A DNA stretch of 64,000 nt from Octopus sinensis (lineage: Eukaryota): assembly GCF_006345805.1 (NCBI RefSeq), contig NC_042998.1, forward strand, positions 20,956,001 through 21,020,000, in the 5' to 3' direction. A model generated the notes under the pieces. That model was not told the DNA's origin. It was given only the letters and a program-made list of their open reading frames with translations, and made no database searches. Positions within the stretch are counted from its first letter, which is position 1. Each line of letters opens with the position of its first letter. Position numbers and translations under genes: made by a program. Positions 63,797 to 64,000 of the stretch are shown here, in pieces.

Positions 63797-63963
63797 AAAA
63801 GGGTTTCTGTTATCTTCAGAAGTGGCTTTGTTTACACTTCTGAAGATAACAGAAACCCTTTTCTCCCACCCCTAAACCTAACCCTAACACAAACCCTAAC
63901 CCTAACCCTAACACAAACCCTAACCCTAACCCTAACACAAACCCTAACCCTAACCCTAACACC
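63797..63963. repeat. 28-bp perfect hairpin followed by interstitial (TAACCC)n with a 24-bp higher-order unit
   Basis: Arms are 63797-63824 and 63835-63862. AACCCTAACCCTAACCCTAACACA is reiterated. Confidence 0.85.
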
Positions 63964-64000
63964 CCATATATATATAAAACACACTTTCTTGAAATGTATC

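Noticed and set aside
63870-63963. True telomere
   Set aside because: It is under 100 bp, interrupted, embedded in ordinary sequence, and shares its lead-in with a MITE.

Overview
AT-rich, microsatellite-rich animal genomic DNA. It is most likely an octopus (coleoid cephalopod), inferred from the recurring tRNA-derived SINE families and the repeat landscape. One host protein-coding gene is supported: a + strand Myb/SANT-like (MSANTD4-like) gene. Its two coding exons (12480-13802, 38684-39121; 586 aa spliced) are joined in phase 0 across a 24.9-kb intron. Nearly everything else is transposon-derived: a degenerate CR1-group LINE with a CCCH ORF1, a near-complete Tx1-clade L1, several R4/Dong-type elements in (TAA)n tracts, RTE pieces in (TATG)n, mariner, hAT-like, Tigger-like and Helitron non-autonomous elements, and more than 30 SINE copies. 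The most notable signals are: (1) minimal type-I hammerhead ribozyme motifs with a palindromic ACGT stem III, found in short Penelope-like repeats and in a tRNA-headed SINE; (2) the commonest SINE shares its 3' tail with the Tx1 LINE and has long TSDs; (3) a nested set of retroelements sitting in microsatellites, with a recurrent break or expansion at the Dong endonuclease PD motif; (4) an unusual density of near-perfect fold-back inverted duplications. Repeat boundaries were read by eye and are approximate unless a TIR or TSD is quoted.
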